A DNA stretch of 26,481 nucleotides from a virus. Taxonomy: Duplodnaviria; Caudoviricetes. The stretch spans positions 1 to 26,481 of the IMG/VR virus record IMGVR_UViG_3300030372_004122; one strand, written 5' to 3'. Made by a program: the position numbers and the translations under genes. Of the stretch, positions 1-9,369 are shown in pieces. A model generated the notes under the pieces. That model did no database searches. It saw only the letters and a list, made by a program, of their open reading frames with translations, and was not told the DNA's origin. Position 1 is the stretch's first letter, and the number at the start of each line of letters is the position of its first letter.

Positions 1-123
1 CGCAGTCGTCACAACCGCTGGTGCTGTTTTCTGGATACTACCCGCCGTCCCTAAGTAGTTATTCCAAATCGTCGCGGTGATCACTGTGCCGGTTGTTTGG
101 TCCGCTCCGTCATTCCATGCCAT
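1..123 (-). CDS. Minor tail / tail-fibre protein, N-terminal part (runs off the window)
   Basis: ATG at 123 preceded by GGAGG; translates MAWNDGADQTTGTVITATIWNNYLGTAGS..., open to the edge; directly follows the tail-tip gene. Not in the ORF track. Confidence 0.7.
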   Translation of the reverse strand, partial: MAWNDGADQTTGTVITATIWNNYLGTAGSIQKTAPAVVTTA

Positions 124-134
124 AATTTACCTCC

Positions 135-1358
135 TTAAAATCCGAGTACTGTTGTTGTTCCTAGTTCGCCCGTACCTAACATCCAATACGGGGATCTCCC
201 CGTGACAGATTCGAGCGTGAACTTCGTCCTAAAATCCTGCGGCATGATTATGTGTTCGATGCCTGAAATAAACATCTCATCTGTCACTGTCGCTGTACCT
301 GGCGGCGGATTGTAACTAATGGTGATCCGATCTCTGATCTTTCGTGTCAACGCCTGAACCATCAGCGCGGCGTTAAGTCTCGGATGGATCGTTATACTCC
401 GCACCCTGAGTTCTGCATCCTTAAATGAATCGATATAACTTTGCGCAATGTTGGCGACATTCGCATCCGAATTGTTATACAGCCCCGTAAGAGAAAAGCT
501 GCGGATACCGTAATCGCTTTGTGAATCAGCATCGGTTTTAGTTTGAACCGATCCGCCGATCCGTGTAAGGTTCACATCATTTTTTATTAGGTCCGATGAG
601 TAATCCAGATCTACTTCGTCCACCGGTAGCGAAACTGTCCCGAACGTGGCCTGCGAGGTGTTGCTTCTGGTATTGGTCGATAGTGAATTCCGATCTTCAA
701 ATACCACCTGATTCTGTTCGTTACAGTAGACCGCGCTCAAGCCGCCGCCCTCGCTCTTGTCCGCTGTTTGAAGCGCCGTAAGTGCGTTCGCGCTGGCTAG
801 TGAGACTGCTTGGAATGTCTCTGCCCCTGTGTCCAGATCTCTTGGAATGATGTTTGCGGCATTAAGTATTTCGGCTACCACGGTTCCTGATGCTGCTGCG
901 CTTGTAGTTGTCGTGATATCCGTTCCGTTTAGATCTTCTATGAAGTCACTAGCGCGAGGTATAGCGGTCGCCTCATTTGGGAATGAGTAGCCGTATTCCC
1001 ATTCTCGGATCACTCCTTGGTATAGCTCGTAATCTGTCGAATCATACGTGGCTTTAATACGAATCCAACGACCAGGTTTCACCTGCCCGTAATAAGCGCC
1101 CGCGGCATAATTCGGATCATACGTTCGCGCGGTGTTCGATAACGTGACCGATGCGCTGCCCGCCGAAAATTCATCCAGCTCTCGTTGTTTCCCTCTAGCT
1201 ATCGAAATGTTCCGAACATCGCTGGATACATTCGACCAAGTGACCGCGGTTCCTAATGTCGAATAGCCGAGAATGGCTGTGCCGAGTTCGAACCCCGTTG
1301 AACTCGCGCCCGCGCTAAACCGTATTTCGGTAGTAAATGTCGGCATGTCTACACTCAT
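135..1358 (-). CDS. Tail tip / baseplate hub-like minor tail protein
   Basis: 407 aa, start overlaps the tape measure stop; S/T-rich, beta-type sequence (ISIARGKQRELDEFSAG, SQSDYGIRS) typical of siphovirus hub proteins. Confidence 0.7.
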   Translation of the reverse strand: MSVDMPTFTTEIRFSAGASSTGFELGTAILGYSTLGTAVTWSNVSSDVRNISIARGKQRELDEFSAGSASVTLSNTARTYDPNYAAGAYYGQVKPGRWIRIKATYDSTDYELYQGVIREWEYGYSFPNEATAIPRASDFIEDLNGTDITTTTSAAASGTVVAEILNAANIIPRDLDTGAETFQAVSLASANALTALQTADKSEGGGLSAVYCNEQNQVVFEDRNSLSTNTRSNTSQATFGTVSLPVDEVDLDYSSDLIKNDVNLTRIGGSVQTKTDADSQSDYGIRSFSLTGLYNNSDANVANIAQSYIDSFKDAELRVRSITIHPRLNAALMVQALTRKIRDRITISYNPPPGTATVTDEMFISGIEHIIMPQDFRTKFTLESVTGRSPYWMLGTGELGTTTVLGF

Positions 1359-3094
1359 TAGTCTTGCATCGTTCCCTTCGTCAATACCGGTCCTGATCGC
1401 TTAGACGCTTTGATGATGGCTTCCCCTATCGCGTCCCCTAGTGCGGCCTCGTCGGTGGTCCAAATACCGGCTTCCACTTTGATCACTCCTATGTCGATCA
1501 ACTGTTGGCCCGTTAAGCGTTGGTTATACGCTGTCGCCTCTTTTGCGATTTTTCTTCCGGATGAGTCTCTCTCGAAAAATTGGCGAGTCCCGCCGAAGCT
1601 GATCCCGCCGGCCATTAGTTGTTCCGTCCTGTTTGTATTCGTCGAAACGAGTTCGCCGGCCTGATTGAACATTTGGCCGGTCACTCCGGCTTTGGCTAAT
1701 TGAACATTCGCATCTCGCATTTGGCGCATTGCGCTTTCTTTTTGTTTCTTGTCGAGTGCTTCCTGCAAGGCAATCAAATCATGAACCGTCGCCATACTCT
1801 GTTCTCTGGCATCGGCTAACTTGTGTTCGACATTTACCGCCGTTGATGTGATCTCCGCTAGATCGTCAATAGCCGCGATGTCCTGAACGATTGCTTCGTT
1901 GGCCTTCTCCATCGCCGTTCCGAGTTCCACGGCGGCCACGTTCAATTCCTCGACCTTCACTTTCGTGCTACCGGTCGATACCTCAAGGCGCGGCAATGTG
2001 ATCTCGCTCATTTCTTCGATGCCCAGCTTCCCTTTGATGAAGTCAGGCATCATTCCTATTAACTGGTTGAACGCATCCACCACAATGTTTATCCACCGTT
2101 CGACAGTTGAAATCGCGCTGTTGAATGTCGCGGTCCAATTTTCAGACCAGCGCCCGATCATTTCGCTTAACGCCTCGAATGCTTTGCGGACCGGATCGAT
2201 CTTCATCACCAATTCGGCGAATGCTTTGCCAAGTCGGACATACAAATTCAAATATCGGAGCCACACGTCAAAGACTGCTTTAAGCACCACCCAAAGCACT
2301 TTGAATGTCACGCCGAGCACTTTCATTGTCGGCTCGATGTACTTTCGGGACCGCGCCGCGAGTTCTGTAAACTTCTCGATCAGCGGAATTAACACCGGAA
2401 TCAACGCCGACCCGATCGCGAACTTGATCCCGTTAAAAGCACCGCCAAGTTTGGTGAGTGCATCGTTATACTCGGCGGCCTTGTCGGCCCCTTCCTGATC
2501 AAAAACTATGCCCAGATCGACGGCTTCCTGTTTCATCGCCGCCAGACCTTCTTTACCAGCCGCGAGCATCGGCAGCATCTGAGTACCGGCCCGACCAAAT
2601 ACCATCTGGGCGAGACCGGCTCGGCGTGATGCATCATCAACCCCGGCCAGAGCCTCGGATAGCACCTTGAACTGTTGCTCCGGCGATTGCCCTTTGATGT
2701 CATCGAGTGATACCCCGAGCATGTCCAAAGAATCAACAGCGGTCGATAGTCCGTTCTCGGCGTCGAGTAAGGTGCGCTGCATCCGCTTTACACCGTTCTC
2801 CATGCCTTCTAGCGATGTCCCCGACAATTCCGCGGCGTGTCGCAATTTGCTGAGTTCTTCCACGCTCATGCCCGTTCTCAAACTCATCTTCTGCAAACTA
2901 TCGCCCACTTTTGCGAATTCCGAAATTGACGATTTAGCGAACGCCCCGATAGATGCAACGGCTGCCACTCCAACAGCCGCGCCCACAGCGAGAGCAGCTT
3001 TCTTGACGCCGCCCATACCGCTTACCAAACCTTTTAGGCCGCCTTCGGCCTGTTTGGTATCAATCTTGGCAACGATCTTCGCGACGTTAGCCAT
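1358..3094 (-). CDS. Tail tape measure protein
   Basis: 578 aa, Ala/Gly-rich and helical; motifs KMSLRTGMSVEELSKLRHAA and AQMVFGRAGTQMLPML, an amphipathic W/F-spaced stretch; located after the chaperone genes. Confidence 0.92.
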   Translation of the reverse strand: MANVAKIVAKIDTKQAEGGLKGLVSGMGGVKKAALAVGAAVGVAAVASIGAFAKSSISEFAKVGDSLQKMSLRTGMSVEELSKLRHAAELSGTSLEGMENGVKRMQRTLLDAENGLSTAVDSLDMLGVSLDDIKGQSPEQQFKVLSEALAGVDDASRRAGLAQMVFGRAGTQMLPMLAAGKEGLAAMKQEAVDLGIVFDQEGADKAAEYNDALTKLGGAFNGIKFAIGSALIPVLIPLIEKFTELAARSRKYIEPTMKVLGVTFKVLWVVLKAVFDVWLRYLNLYVRLGKAFAELVMKIDPVRKAFEALSEMIGRWSENWTATFNSAISTVERWINIVVDAFNQLIGMMPDFIKGKLGIEEMSEITLPRLEVSTGSTKVKVEELNVAAVELGTAMEKANEAIVQDIAAIDDLAEITSTAVNVEHKLADAREQSMATVHDLIALQEALDKKQKESAMRQMRDANVQLAKAGVTGQMFNQAGELVSTNTNRTEQLMAGGISFGGTRQFFERDSSGRKIAKEATAYNQRLTGQQLIDIGVIKVEAGIWTTDEAALGDAIGEAIIKASKRSGPVLTKGTMQD

Positions 3095-3326
3095 CCGGCG
3101 TTCCCTCCAGTACGGTCTCGATCATCCGCAACACGGATACATCCTCCGCGAGAATTTCACTCGGTAAGCAGTGGTACCTCTGGCATAGATTGTCGATCAT
3201 CTTGGCTTCCATTAGTTCGATAGGCTCCGTCACTGCACCGCCTGTAGCGTCGGCTGCTCCTCCGACGTGGATCCATTTAGCGATTCTGGTGCGGAGCCTT
3301 GTTGAGATGAACTCTGGTCGCTCCAA
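3087..3326 (-). CDS. Tail assembly chaperone C-terminal (gpT-like) frame
   Basis: Overlaps the 3' end of the upstream gene in the -1 frame; LCQRYHCLPSEIL motif; directly before tape measure; true start uncertain. Confidence 0.7.
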   Translation of the reverse strand: MERPEFISTRLRTRIAKWIHVGGAADATGGAVTEPIELMEAKMIDNLCQRYHCLPSEILAEDVSVLRMIETVLEGTPDG

Positions 3327-3592
3327 TTTGAGAAGATAGCGGTGGCCAGATCTGGTGGTAGTCGTAACATGCCCTCGCCGGTCGCCGGTATCGGTCCGTC
3401 ATCATCCTCTAGATCCCACTCAAGCAGCACAGTGTCACCGAACCGGCGCATGCCCTCCTCTATGTCCTCATCGATATTCTGAAATGTTAGGAACGTCGAA
3501 ATAGGGACTGAGCCGCGACAGATCACCCGCGCCGCCTCATAGTCCCCTTCGAACTCCAGCACGATTTCCCTTTTAGGGATTACGAACGCCAT
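3230..3592 (-). CDS. Tail assembly chaperone (gpG-like)
   Basis: Start moved to ATG 3592 (TAATG overlap with the tail tube stop); acidic, LLEWDLEDDDGPIP motif; synteny. Confidence 0.8.
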   Translation of the reverse strand: MAFVIPKREIVLEFEGDYEAARVICRGSVPISTFLTFQNIDEDIEEGMRRFGDTVLLEWDLEDDDGPIPATGEGMLRLPPDLATAIFSNWSDQSSSQQGSAPESLNGSTSEEQPTLQAVQ

Positions 3593-4008
3593 TAGACTGT
3601 CGACCAAGTAGGAACGGTGCCCGACTGTAGAGCCAAAGATGCGCTATACGTTAATTCGCCAGAGGCCGAGCGATCCAAATTGTATGACGTAACCAGCATT
3701 TCCATTTCGAGCTTCGGATTCGATGAGGAATTCCCGCCGACGCAGTAAGTCACGGTCCGAGTGCCCGAAAGTACTTTGAACACGTCATGGCTTTTGTTCG
3801 ATGCGGCGTTGTAAACACCATTCACCGTCACTGTTCCATCGCCGAGTAGGATCAGGCGCTCCTGAGCGCTCTTATCTATACCCGTCACCACCTGTAGATC
3901 TTGCCCTGTATCGAACGTCGCCGACGTGACATCATTTGAGATATCACGGGCCGAACCGCCCGAATCGTCTATCGCGAGATAATCGCCCAAGCCTGATATT
4001 TTGGCCAC
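3592..4008 (-). CDS. Tail tube (major tail) protein
   Basis: 138 aa, beta-rich, ends with YNLDRSASGELTYSASL; position before the chaperones. Confidence 0.8.
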   Translation of the reverse strand: MAKISGLGDYLAIDDSGGSARDISNDVTSATFDTGQDLQVVTGIDKSAQERLILLGDGTVTVNGVYNAASNKSHDVFKVLSGTRTVTYCVGGNSSSNPKLEMEMLVTSYNLDRSASGELTYSASLALQSGTVPTWSTV

Positions 4009-4042
4009 TTTCTTTTTCTCCTATTCTCCGAGATTGTCTCGG

Positions 4043-4765
4043 TTATAACCTTGCAAATTGAGCCACAAAAACAAGGTTCGAGAATGTCCCCGAACTTTGT
4101 ATGCGGACGTATCTATTCACCGTTGTGCCACCACTCACTCGCTCGCTTGTCCGGCCCGTAACATTCGTAAAGGTCAGCAGATCGGCAAACGTCGTATTGT
4201 CTGACGAGTGCTGCACCTTGATCGTCGCCGTCCCTGACGCGAGCGACTCAACAGAGATGAGGCCGGTTCCTCCATCACTGGAAGATGCCCCGTTATCCAC
4301 CGCCGTTGAATTAGTAGCTGATGAATCTGTTTGTTCGGGGCCGTCGGTAAGGACCACTCCCCAGTTAAGCCCGTTACCGTCGGCCAAATCATACGAAACA
4401 GTGGTGGAAATGGCGGAACCTGGCGCTCGGTCGATGTTGTATGACCCCTGTTTGGCCACAAATCCACAAGCCGGATCGCCCCTATCGGTCCCCATCGAAA
4501 TTATGACGTCCTGATCGGCTGTCGGTATCTTGTTCGAATTACTCGTCCAAGCAGCATGCGATCGGCCGGTCGCGCTATCGAACCAACCATTCACCGTTAC
4601 ATTCGCATCCGAGACCCCGATAATCCGTTCCATCGCTGATTTACCAAGGGTGGTAACATCCAGCATTTCCTGTGATGAACCGATCCCACTAATGGCCGAG
4701 ACGTCGGTATTCAGATCGTACCCCGACACGTATAACCGAGTTCCCAAACCTGATATTTTAGCCAT
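4043..4765 (-). CDS. Tail tube-like protein with an extra C-terminal beta-sandwich-like domain
   Basis: 240 aa; shares MAKISGLG and YN(I/L)DR with the downstream gene; C-terminal IKVQHSSDNTTFADLLTF...VNRYVRI. Confidence 0.7.
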   Translation of the reverse strand: MAKISGLGTRLYVSGYDLNTDVSAISGIGSSQEMLDVTTLGKSAMERIIGVSDANVTVNGWFDSATGRSHAAWTSNSNKIPTADQDVIISMGTDRGDPACGFVAKQGSYNIDRAPGSAISTTVSYDLADGNGLNWGVVLTDGPEQTDSSATNSTAVDNGASSSDGGTGLISVESLASGTATIKVQHSSDNTTFADLLTFTNVTGRTSERVSGGTTVNRYVRIQSSGTFSNLVFVAQFARL

Positions 4766-4964
4766 CTTTCACTTCTCCGTTCTCGTCCACCTCGGCGATC
4801 AGCCCATCCTTGAGTAACTGTTTGATCGTCTTGGCTGGTACGTCCTCAAAGTCCCAATTCTTGCCGGCCTCATAATCTGTATCGCCAACGCTGATACCAA
4901 CCAGCGCCCTGTACTTTCCTGTATCGATAAATTGGCCGTTATCTTTTCTTCGTTTCGACGTCAT
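4758..4964 (-). CDS. Small hypothetical virion-region protein
   Basis: 68 aa, overlaps both neighbours. Confidence 0.65.
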   Translation of the reverse strand: MTSKRRKDNGQFIDTGKYRALVGISVGDTDYEAGKNWDFEDVPAKTIKQLLKDGLIAEVDENGEVKDG

Positions 4965-5395
4965 GGGGTGATCGTTTCCTCTCCGTATATCTCCACTTCA
5001 AATGGGATCGTCAGTGTCCGGAACGGTTGGCCACCCATCACTTCAATATCGATCACCGCATTACCCGGCCTCGAATCCGTACAATTACTGCTCAGATTCG
5101 AATCACCGCGCAGCGCGGTTTTGATGTTGACCGCCGCATCCCATATTTCGTCCTCGATAGACTCGCGAACGTCCGGCGATAGTTGCTGCCGCCAATAACA
5201 ACGAATGGTGAATACCGCGGTTGTTGATGCGTCGCCGAATGTCTCGAACAATTCGTTATGCTGCGAAATCCAAAAAGCTGCGATCGGCGTGGTGGGTATG
5301 CTTAACGGCTCGCCCCGATAAACGGCGGCGAATGTTGGCCCCGTGACTCCGGCCAGTAATGAGTCGATCGTATTCAACGCGCCCGCCCTGCTCAT
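4961..5395 (-). CDS. Tail terminator-like protein
   Basis: 144 aa, acidic, between the gp10-like gene and the tail tube genes; ATGA-type coupling. Confidence 0.7.
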   Translation of the reverse strand: MSRAGALNTIDSLLAGVTGPTFAAVYRGEPLSIPTTPIAAFWISQHNELFETFGDASTTAVFTIRCYWRQQLSPDVRESIEDEIWDAAVNIKTALRGDSNLSSNCTDSRPGNAVIDIEVMGGQPFRTLTIPFEVEIYGEETITP

Positions 5396-5814
5396 AAATT
5401 GAACCCCATACTCTTTAGCGTTCCTTTGCTGAATTGGCCGGTCATGGCCTCCTCAACTATTCGGGCGGCTCCGGCTTCAAGTTCGGCACCACCGTCCCTG
5501 AACATATGGTGCCCCCGAAACTTTCCGCGGTAGCTCCCGTTTTGTTTTCCGGTCTCGACGTATTCGGCATAGTTCAGATCCTTGCCGTATAGCGCCCGCC
5601 CCGAATCGATCGTCACCATCTCGTCCCCTCGGACGTGAAAGCTAATCGACCTCTTAAGCGTTCCGGTGACGAATCCGCTGCCCTTTGTGAGCCGCTTTTT
5701 AACAAAGCCGGCCCCGACCATCCCAAGATCGTTGAGCGCCTGTTTCTTGGCTTTGTTAATGGCACCCAACTGGAACATCGGGCCGGAGAAATCGACGGTG
5801 AAATTTGCGGACAT
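5392..5814 (-). CDS. HK97 gp10-like tail completion protein
   Basis: Motifs TGTLKRSI, YAEYVETG, FRGHHMF. Confidence 0.82.
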   Translation of the reverse strand: MSANFTVDFSGPMFQLGAINKAKKQALNDLGMVGAGFVKKRLTKGSGFVTGTLKRSISFHVRGDEMVTIDSGRALYGKDLNYAEYVETGKQNGSYRGKFRGHHMFRDGGAELEAGAARIVEEAMTGQFSKGTLKSMGFNL

Positions 5815-6722
5815 TAAAACACCGCCCCTGCCGTTCGGCTATGAGCCACGAATGGATCGATGGCTCGCAGCGAAAAATTGATGTCAACCTTGGCCGGATC
5901 GTTGATGCGCTCATCAAATCCTAGATCGCGATCTCGGTAGATATAGTGGGCGATCTCTAGGCATGCCTGTGTGACCGCATCCGGATAGGTTTGAATGCTT
6001 ACCACCGCGGCATCGGAATGTGTGGCTGCTGTCGTTCCATGAACGCCTCGGACCACCGTTAGGTTATTCGATGAGATCGACGAAACAAACATCTGCTCTG
6101 TACCCACTAGGATTGTGTTTCCTTCGGATACAGCCGCCCCCGATGCGACTGTTACTGTAGTCGCCGCGGCATCGGTGATCGCCCCGTTTAATGTGGTCGC
6201 CGTTGTCGTTGTGTTTTGCCATCCCCACGTTCCGGCAATGGCTAATGTTTGCTGCCCTGAGTAGAAGCCCTTCGATGAGTCTTCGTTCATCTTGAGCATG
6301 TATTTTGGCCCGAGTGTGTTACCAGGTTCCAGAAAATAGTCGGCCCCGTATCCTTCTGTGAGACTTTCCGATGAACTCCGGTCGGTCTCTTTGTAGGATG
6401 TAACAGAACTGATCGAACATATCCACGGCAGCGGGATGATGTTCACCGCCATGTCGCTTGGCCTGAGTGTGTTGCGCGGCAGCCTGTTTCGCGGATCGTT
6501 CCGTAAATAGCTATCCATCCCAATGTCATAATTCAGAGTTTGAATCACCGGCCCAAACGAATTCAAATCCCCGCCCACGTAATTATCGATACGCCGAGAT
6601 GCCGAACCAAGAATGCGCCGCAGCGCTCCCGTGTCGGCTGTCCAATTTGACGAGTAGTTCGTACCGCTTAGGAAGTCTCTAAGATCTGAAACCGATGCAT
6701 AAGAGTGATAGTTCGTGGGCAT
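5814..6722 (-). CDS. Head-tail adaptor (gp6/gp15-like) with an inserted beta domain
   Basis: YASVSDLRDFL, ASRRIDNY, GTWGW and YPDAVTQACL adaptor motifs; about 70-aa insert containing LTVVRGVHGTTAATH. Confidence 0.8.
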   Translation of the reverse strand: MPTNYHSYASVSDLRDFLSGTNYSSNWTADTGALRRILGSASRRIDNYVGGDLNSFGPVIQTLNYDIGMDSYLRNDPRNRLPRNTLRPSDMAVNIIPLPWICSISSVTSYKETDRSSSESLTEGYGADYFLEPGNTLGPKYMLKMNEDSSKGFYSGQQTLAIAGTWGWQNTTTTATTLNGAITDAAATTVTVASGAAVSEGNTILVGTEQMFVSSISSNNLTVVRGVHGTTAATHSDAAVVSIQTYPDAVTQACLEIAHYIYRDRDLGFDERINDPAKVDINFSLRAIDPFVAHSRTAGAVF

Positions 6723-6728
6723 CCGTAC

Positions 6729-6914
6729 CTACTTATTTTCGTCCGCCGTGGAGGCATCTTTCTTGTTTTTTGTTTTCGCCGCTTTCACGACTTCGAAGTT
6801 GTCTGGGTACTCGTCCAGAATTGCTTTGGGTACGTCGTATGTCGCGCCCGTATAGAACGTCTCGTCATGACCTTTTACCCCTAGCGGTCCTTCGATGCAT
6901 ATAGCTTTTGGCAT
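6729..6914 (-). CDS. Small hypothetical protein after the capsid gene
   Basis: 61 aa, strong GGGAGG RBS, Lys-rich tail. Confidence 0.7.
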   Translation of the reverse strand: MPKAICIEGPLGVKGHDETFYTGATYDVPKAILDEYPDNFEVVKAAKTKNKKDASTADENK

Positions 6915-6942
6915 TTTTGATCCTCCCTGGATTTTTTGTTTT

Positions 6943-6981
6943 GGGTCGGAAGCCGGCTCGAACTGATACGGCCCCCGACCC
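6943..6981. other. GC-rich stem-loop downstream of the capsid gene
   Basis: GGGTCGG..GCCG / CGGC..CCGACCC; followed by an A-run rather than a U-run on the coding strand, so not a classical intrinsic terminator. Confidence 0.5.
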
Positions 6982-6994
6982 TATTAGCTACCTA

Positions 6995-8311
6995 CTAGGA
7001 AGCTGCTGCTTTCAGAACTTCGAATGCGGTTGGTAGTAATACCTCAGCATCGTTTCGTTCAGTGGCGAGGAATCCCACCTGCCCGTTTCCGGCGTATAAC
7101 TCGTTGAGCCGTTTTAACGTCCGGCCCTCTCGGTTAATGAATCCGAATTGGTTAAGGTCACCAAAGATTGCACACTCATTGTTTGCAGTGATTGATGTCG
7201 CTAGGTTGGCGCCGTTGTCATCGTAGATAACGGGCTTCCCGAGCAGCGTTGTTGCCGGACTGGTTGTTAAATCAGTCGCGACATGCTGACCCGCCGAGGT
7301 CGATCCGATGGCCGCGATGAGCGCCCCGATCTGTGATGTCATGATCCAATGAGCACCACCGCCTCTGTGCTGCGCTGGCAACACATAAAAGATGCCCGTT
7401 AGGTCATTAGCTACAACAGCGGTGGCTGATGCCATTCGGTGATCCGATGCTGCCGAGGCCAAGATCTGGTTGATGATGGTCTTGTCTTGGAACTGACCAA
7501 AAGCCGTACCAAACAGATCACTCAGTAGCGCAGGGATGTTTGTAGCAGAGTCTGCTAACAATTCATCCGACACTCTGGTGAGCGCGCCGTATTTATTTAT
7601 CGCGAACGTTACGCCCGTGAATGTTGGGTCACTTTCCGCCCCCGTTATTGCTCCAGCCTCAGCTATCGCCGAGACAGAAACACCACCCGATGTTGGGATA
7701 GTTCCCGCATCTGTTGACACGTTGAACTGCCGAACACGCGGCCGAATCTGATCGCCGAACGCGCCGGAGTTCACCACAACCGATGGCTCTGTATAGGTCG
7801 GAACCGTGAAGCCTCCGGCAGAATCTGTTCCTTCCGAGAGCGCTTTTTGCATCCATTCTGGTGCAGTCTTGTAGAACTGATCATCGTTCCGACATCGCAC
7901 CCAAGTCTCGAATGCCTTCTCGTAGGCAGCGGCTTCTTCCTTCAGTGAATCACCGAATGCCGACTTCACCCAAGCTGACTGAGCAGCCGCGGGCAATTTG
8001 TCGTTATAGCCGGCTGGCCTGTATGAACTGGAAATCTTCTGGTTCCCGTATGAACCGTCAGCCCTGATTTCATTCTGCGCGAATGCTTTAACATCCTCAA
8101 CCGCTACCGGTAGTGAGTTCACCGGAATTTCGATGCGGCCCTTCAGTGAGCCGAGTTCGGTTTGGGTTCCTCGTTCGGCCTCGGCCTCATCCAGCAGCCC
8201 TTTTGCTTTTTCGATCAAGTCGTTAGCCTGATCCAGTCTGCCCTCCGCTACCAGCGTTTCCGCATCATGGTAGATGTTCTCGGCATACTTAAATTTTTCC
8301 TGAGTATCCAT
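6995..8311 (-). CDS. Major capsid protein, HK97 fold
   Basis: 438 aa; coiled-coil delta-like N-terminus, ALSEGTDSAGGFTVP, VSDELLADS, LLGKPV, IFGDL, GQVGFLATER. Confidence 0.96.
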   Translation of the reverse strand: MDTQEKFKYAENIYHDAETLVAEGRLDQANDLIEKAKGLLDEAEAERGTQTELGSLKGRIEIPVNSLPVAVEDVKAFAQNEIRADGSYGNQKISSSYRPAGYNDKLPAAAQSAWVKSAFGDSLKEEAAAYEKAFETWVRCRNDDQFYKTAPEWMQKALSEGTDSAGGFTVPTYTEPSVVVNSGAFGDQIRPRVRQFNVSTDAGTIPTSGGVSVSAIAEAGAITGAESDPTFTGVTFAINKYGALTRVSDELLADSATNIPALLSDLFGTAFGQFQDKTIINQILASAASDHRMASATAVVANDLTGIFYVLPAQHRGGGAHWIMTSQIGALIAAIGSTSAGQHVATDLTTSPATTLLGKPVIYDDNGANLATSITANNECAIFGDLNQFGFINREGRTLKRLNELYAGNGQVGFLATERNDAEVLLPTAFEVLKAAAS

Positions 8312-9369
8312 TACTCATCCTCTCTATGTTTTCTATTACTCTCCACACGAAACCCAAGTGATCGCGCTCGATATTCCGCGAGGGCTTGCATAACTTGTCT
8401 TCTCGTTTCATCCGTAGATGGCACAAAAGCCTCACTTACGATCGGCTGCTCGTCATCGGCGTTTGAAACGGTCTGATGTTCCGTTGCTTCTTTGTGTTGG
8501 GTGCCAGGTGCTGAATACTCACGGCGGCGGCGTTCATCGTCCTCTTGGTCGAGTCTGAGTTCTGGCACTTCTCGATCGCCGGCTTCTAAATGTCGGCGCA
8601 AATGGTTGTACACACCGCGGATCTGATCTTCGGGAATTGTAGTACCGCCTCGACCGCCATTCAGTATGGCGATGCCGCTTGAACAGGCACGAAGGTTTGC
8701 GGCTCCCGATGGGTATTCGTGGTGGATAAATTTGTATGATGATTTAACGTCTTGGTTCGCGCTTGATTCTACCCATGCGTAATATTCGCGCAAAAGGTCT
8801 GCATCAGCATCGTTTGGAATACTGGCGATGGTCCGCGGGCCGTCCCACGGTGCTTCGCTAGTGGCGCTGGCTTCATACGGGATCGCCGCTTTGGATGAGA
8901 TCGTTGTGGTGTTTGGACTGGCGCCCCTCACGACTGAGGATACTTCGACCCAATCGACATCTTTAATAACTCGGTAGGTCGCGCCGTCTTCCTGTTCGTA
9001 TTCGGCCCCGCCTTCGGGAATGTTGAACCCGACTGACCACTCTTTGATGAACCCGCCCGCGACGTTACTAAATGTCTCGCGGCCTAATTGTGTATCGAGG
9101 TTGAACTGAATCTTGTTGTAGAGCTTGGCCGAATCTCCAAAATTGATAGAGTGAGCTTCTAGAACTTTCCCAACTACCTTCGATGGGTCATGCCCAAGCA
9201 ACACCGTGACCGGCATGTTGTCACTAATCGAAGAATCGAATGCCGTTGGCAGGATGATGTCCTGATCTGAATCCGGCTGGCCCATCGTATTTGTGAACGC
9301 CTCGACAATTCCTTCGGCCTCGGATAGCACCTTCAGGTTTTCCAGTTGGCTTGTTTTATACTCCGGCAT
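8311..9369 (-). CDS. HK97-family prohead protease with an extra C-terminal domain
   Basis: DSDQDIILPTAF, LLGHD (His), WSVGF (Ser), EVSSVVRGA. Confidence 0.92.
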   Translation of the reverse strand: MPEYKTSQLENLKVLSEAEGIVEAFTNTMGQPDSDQDIILPTAFDSSISDNMPVTVLLGHDPSKVVGKVLEAHSINFGDSAKLYNKIQFNLDTQLGRETFSNVAGGFIKEWSVGFNIPEGGAEYEQEDGATYRVIKDVDWVEVSSVVRGASPNTTTISSKAAIPYEASATSEAPWDGPRTIASIPNDADADLLREYYAWVESSANQDVKSSYKFIHHEYPSGAANLRACSSGIAILNGGRGGTTIPEDQIRGVYNHLRRHLEAGDREVPELRLDQEDDERRRREYSAPGTQHKEATEHQTVSNADDEQPIVSEAFVPSTDETRRQVMQALAEYRARSLGFRVESNRKHREDE

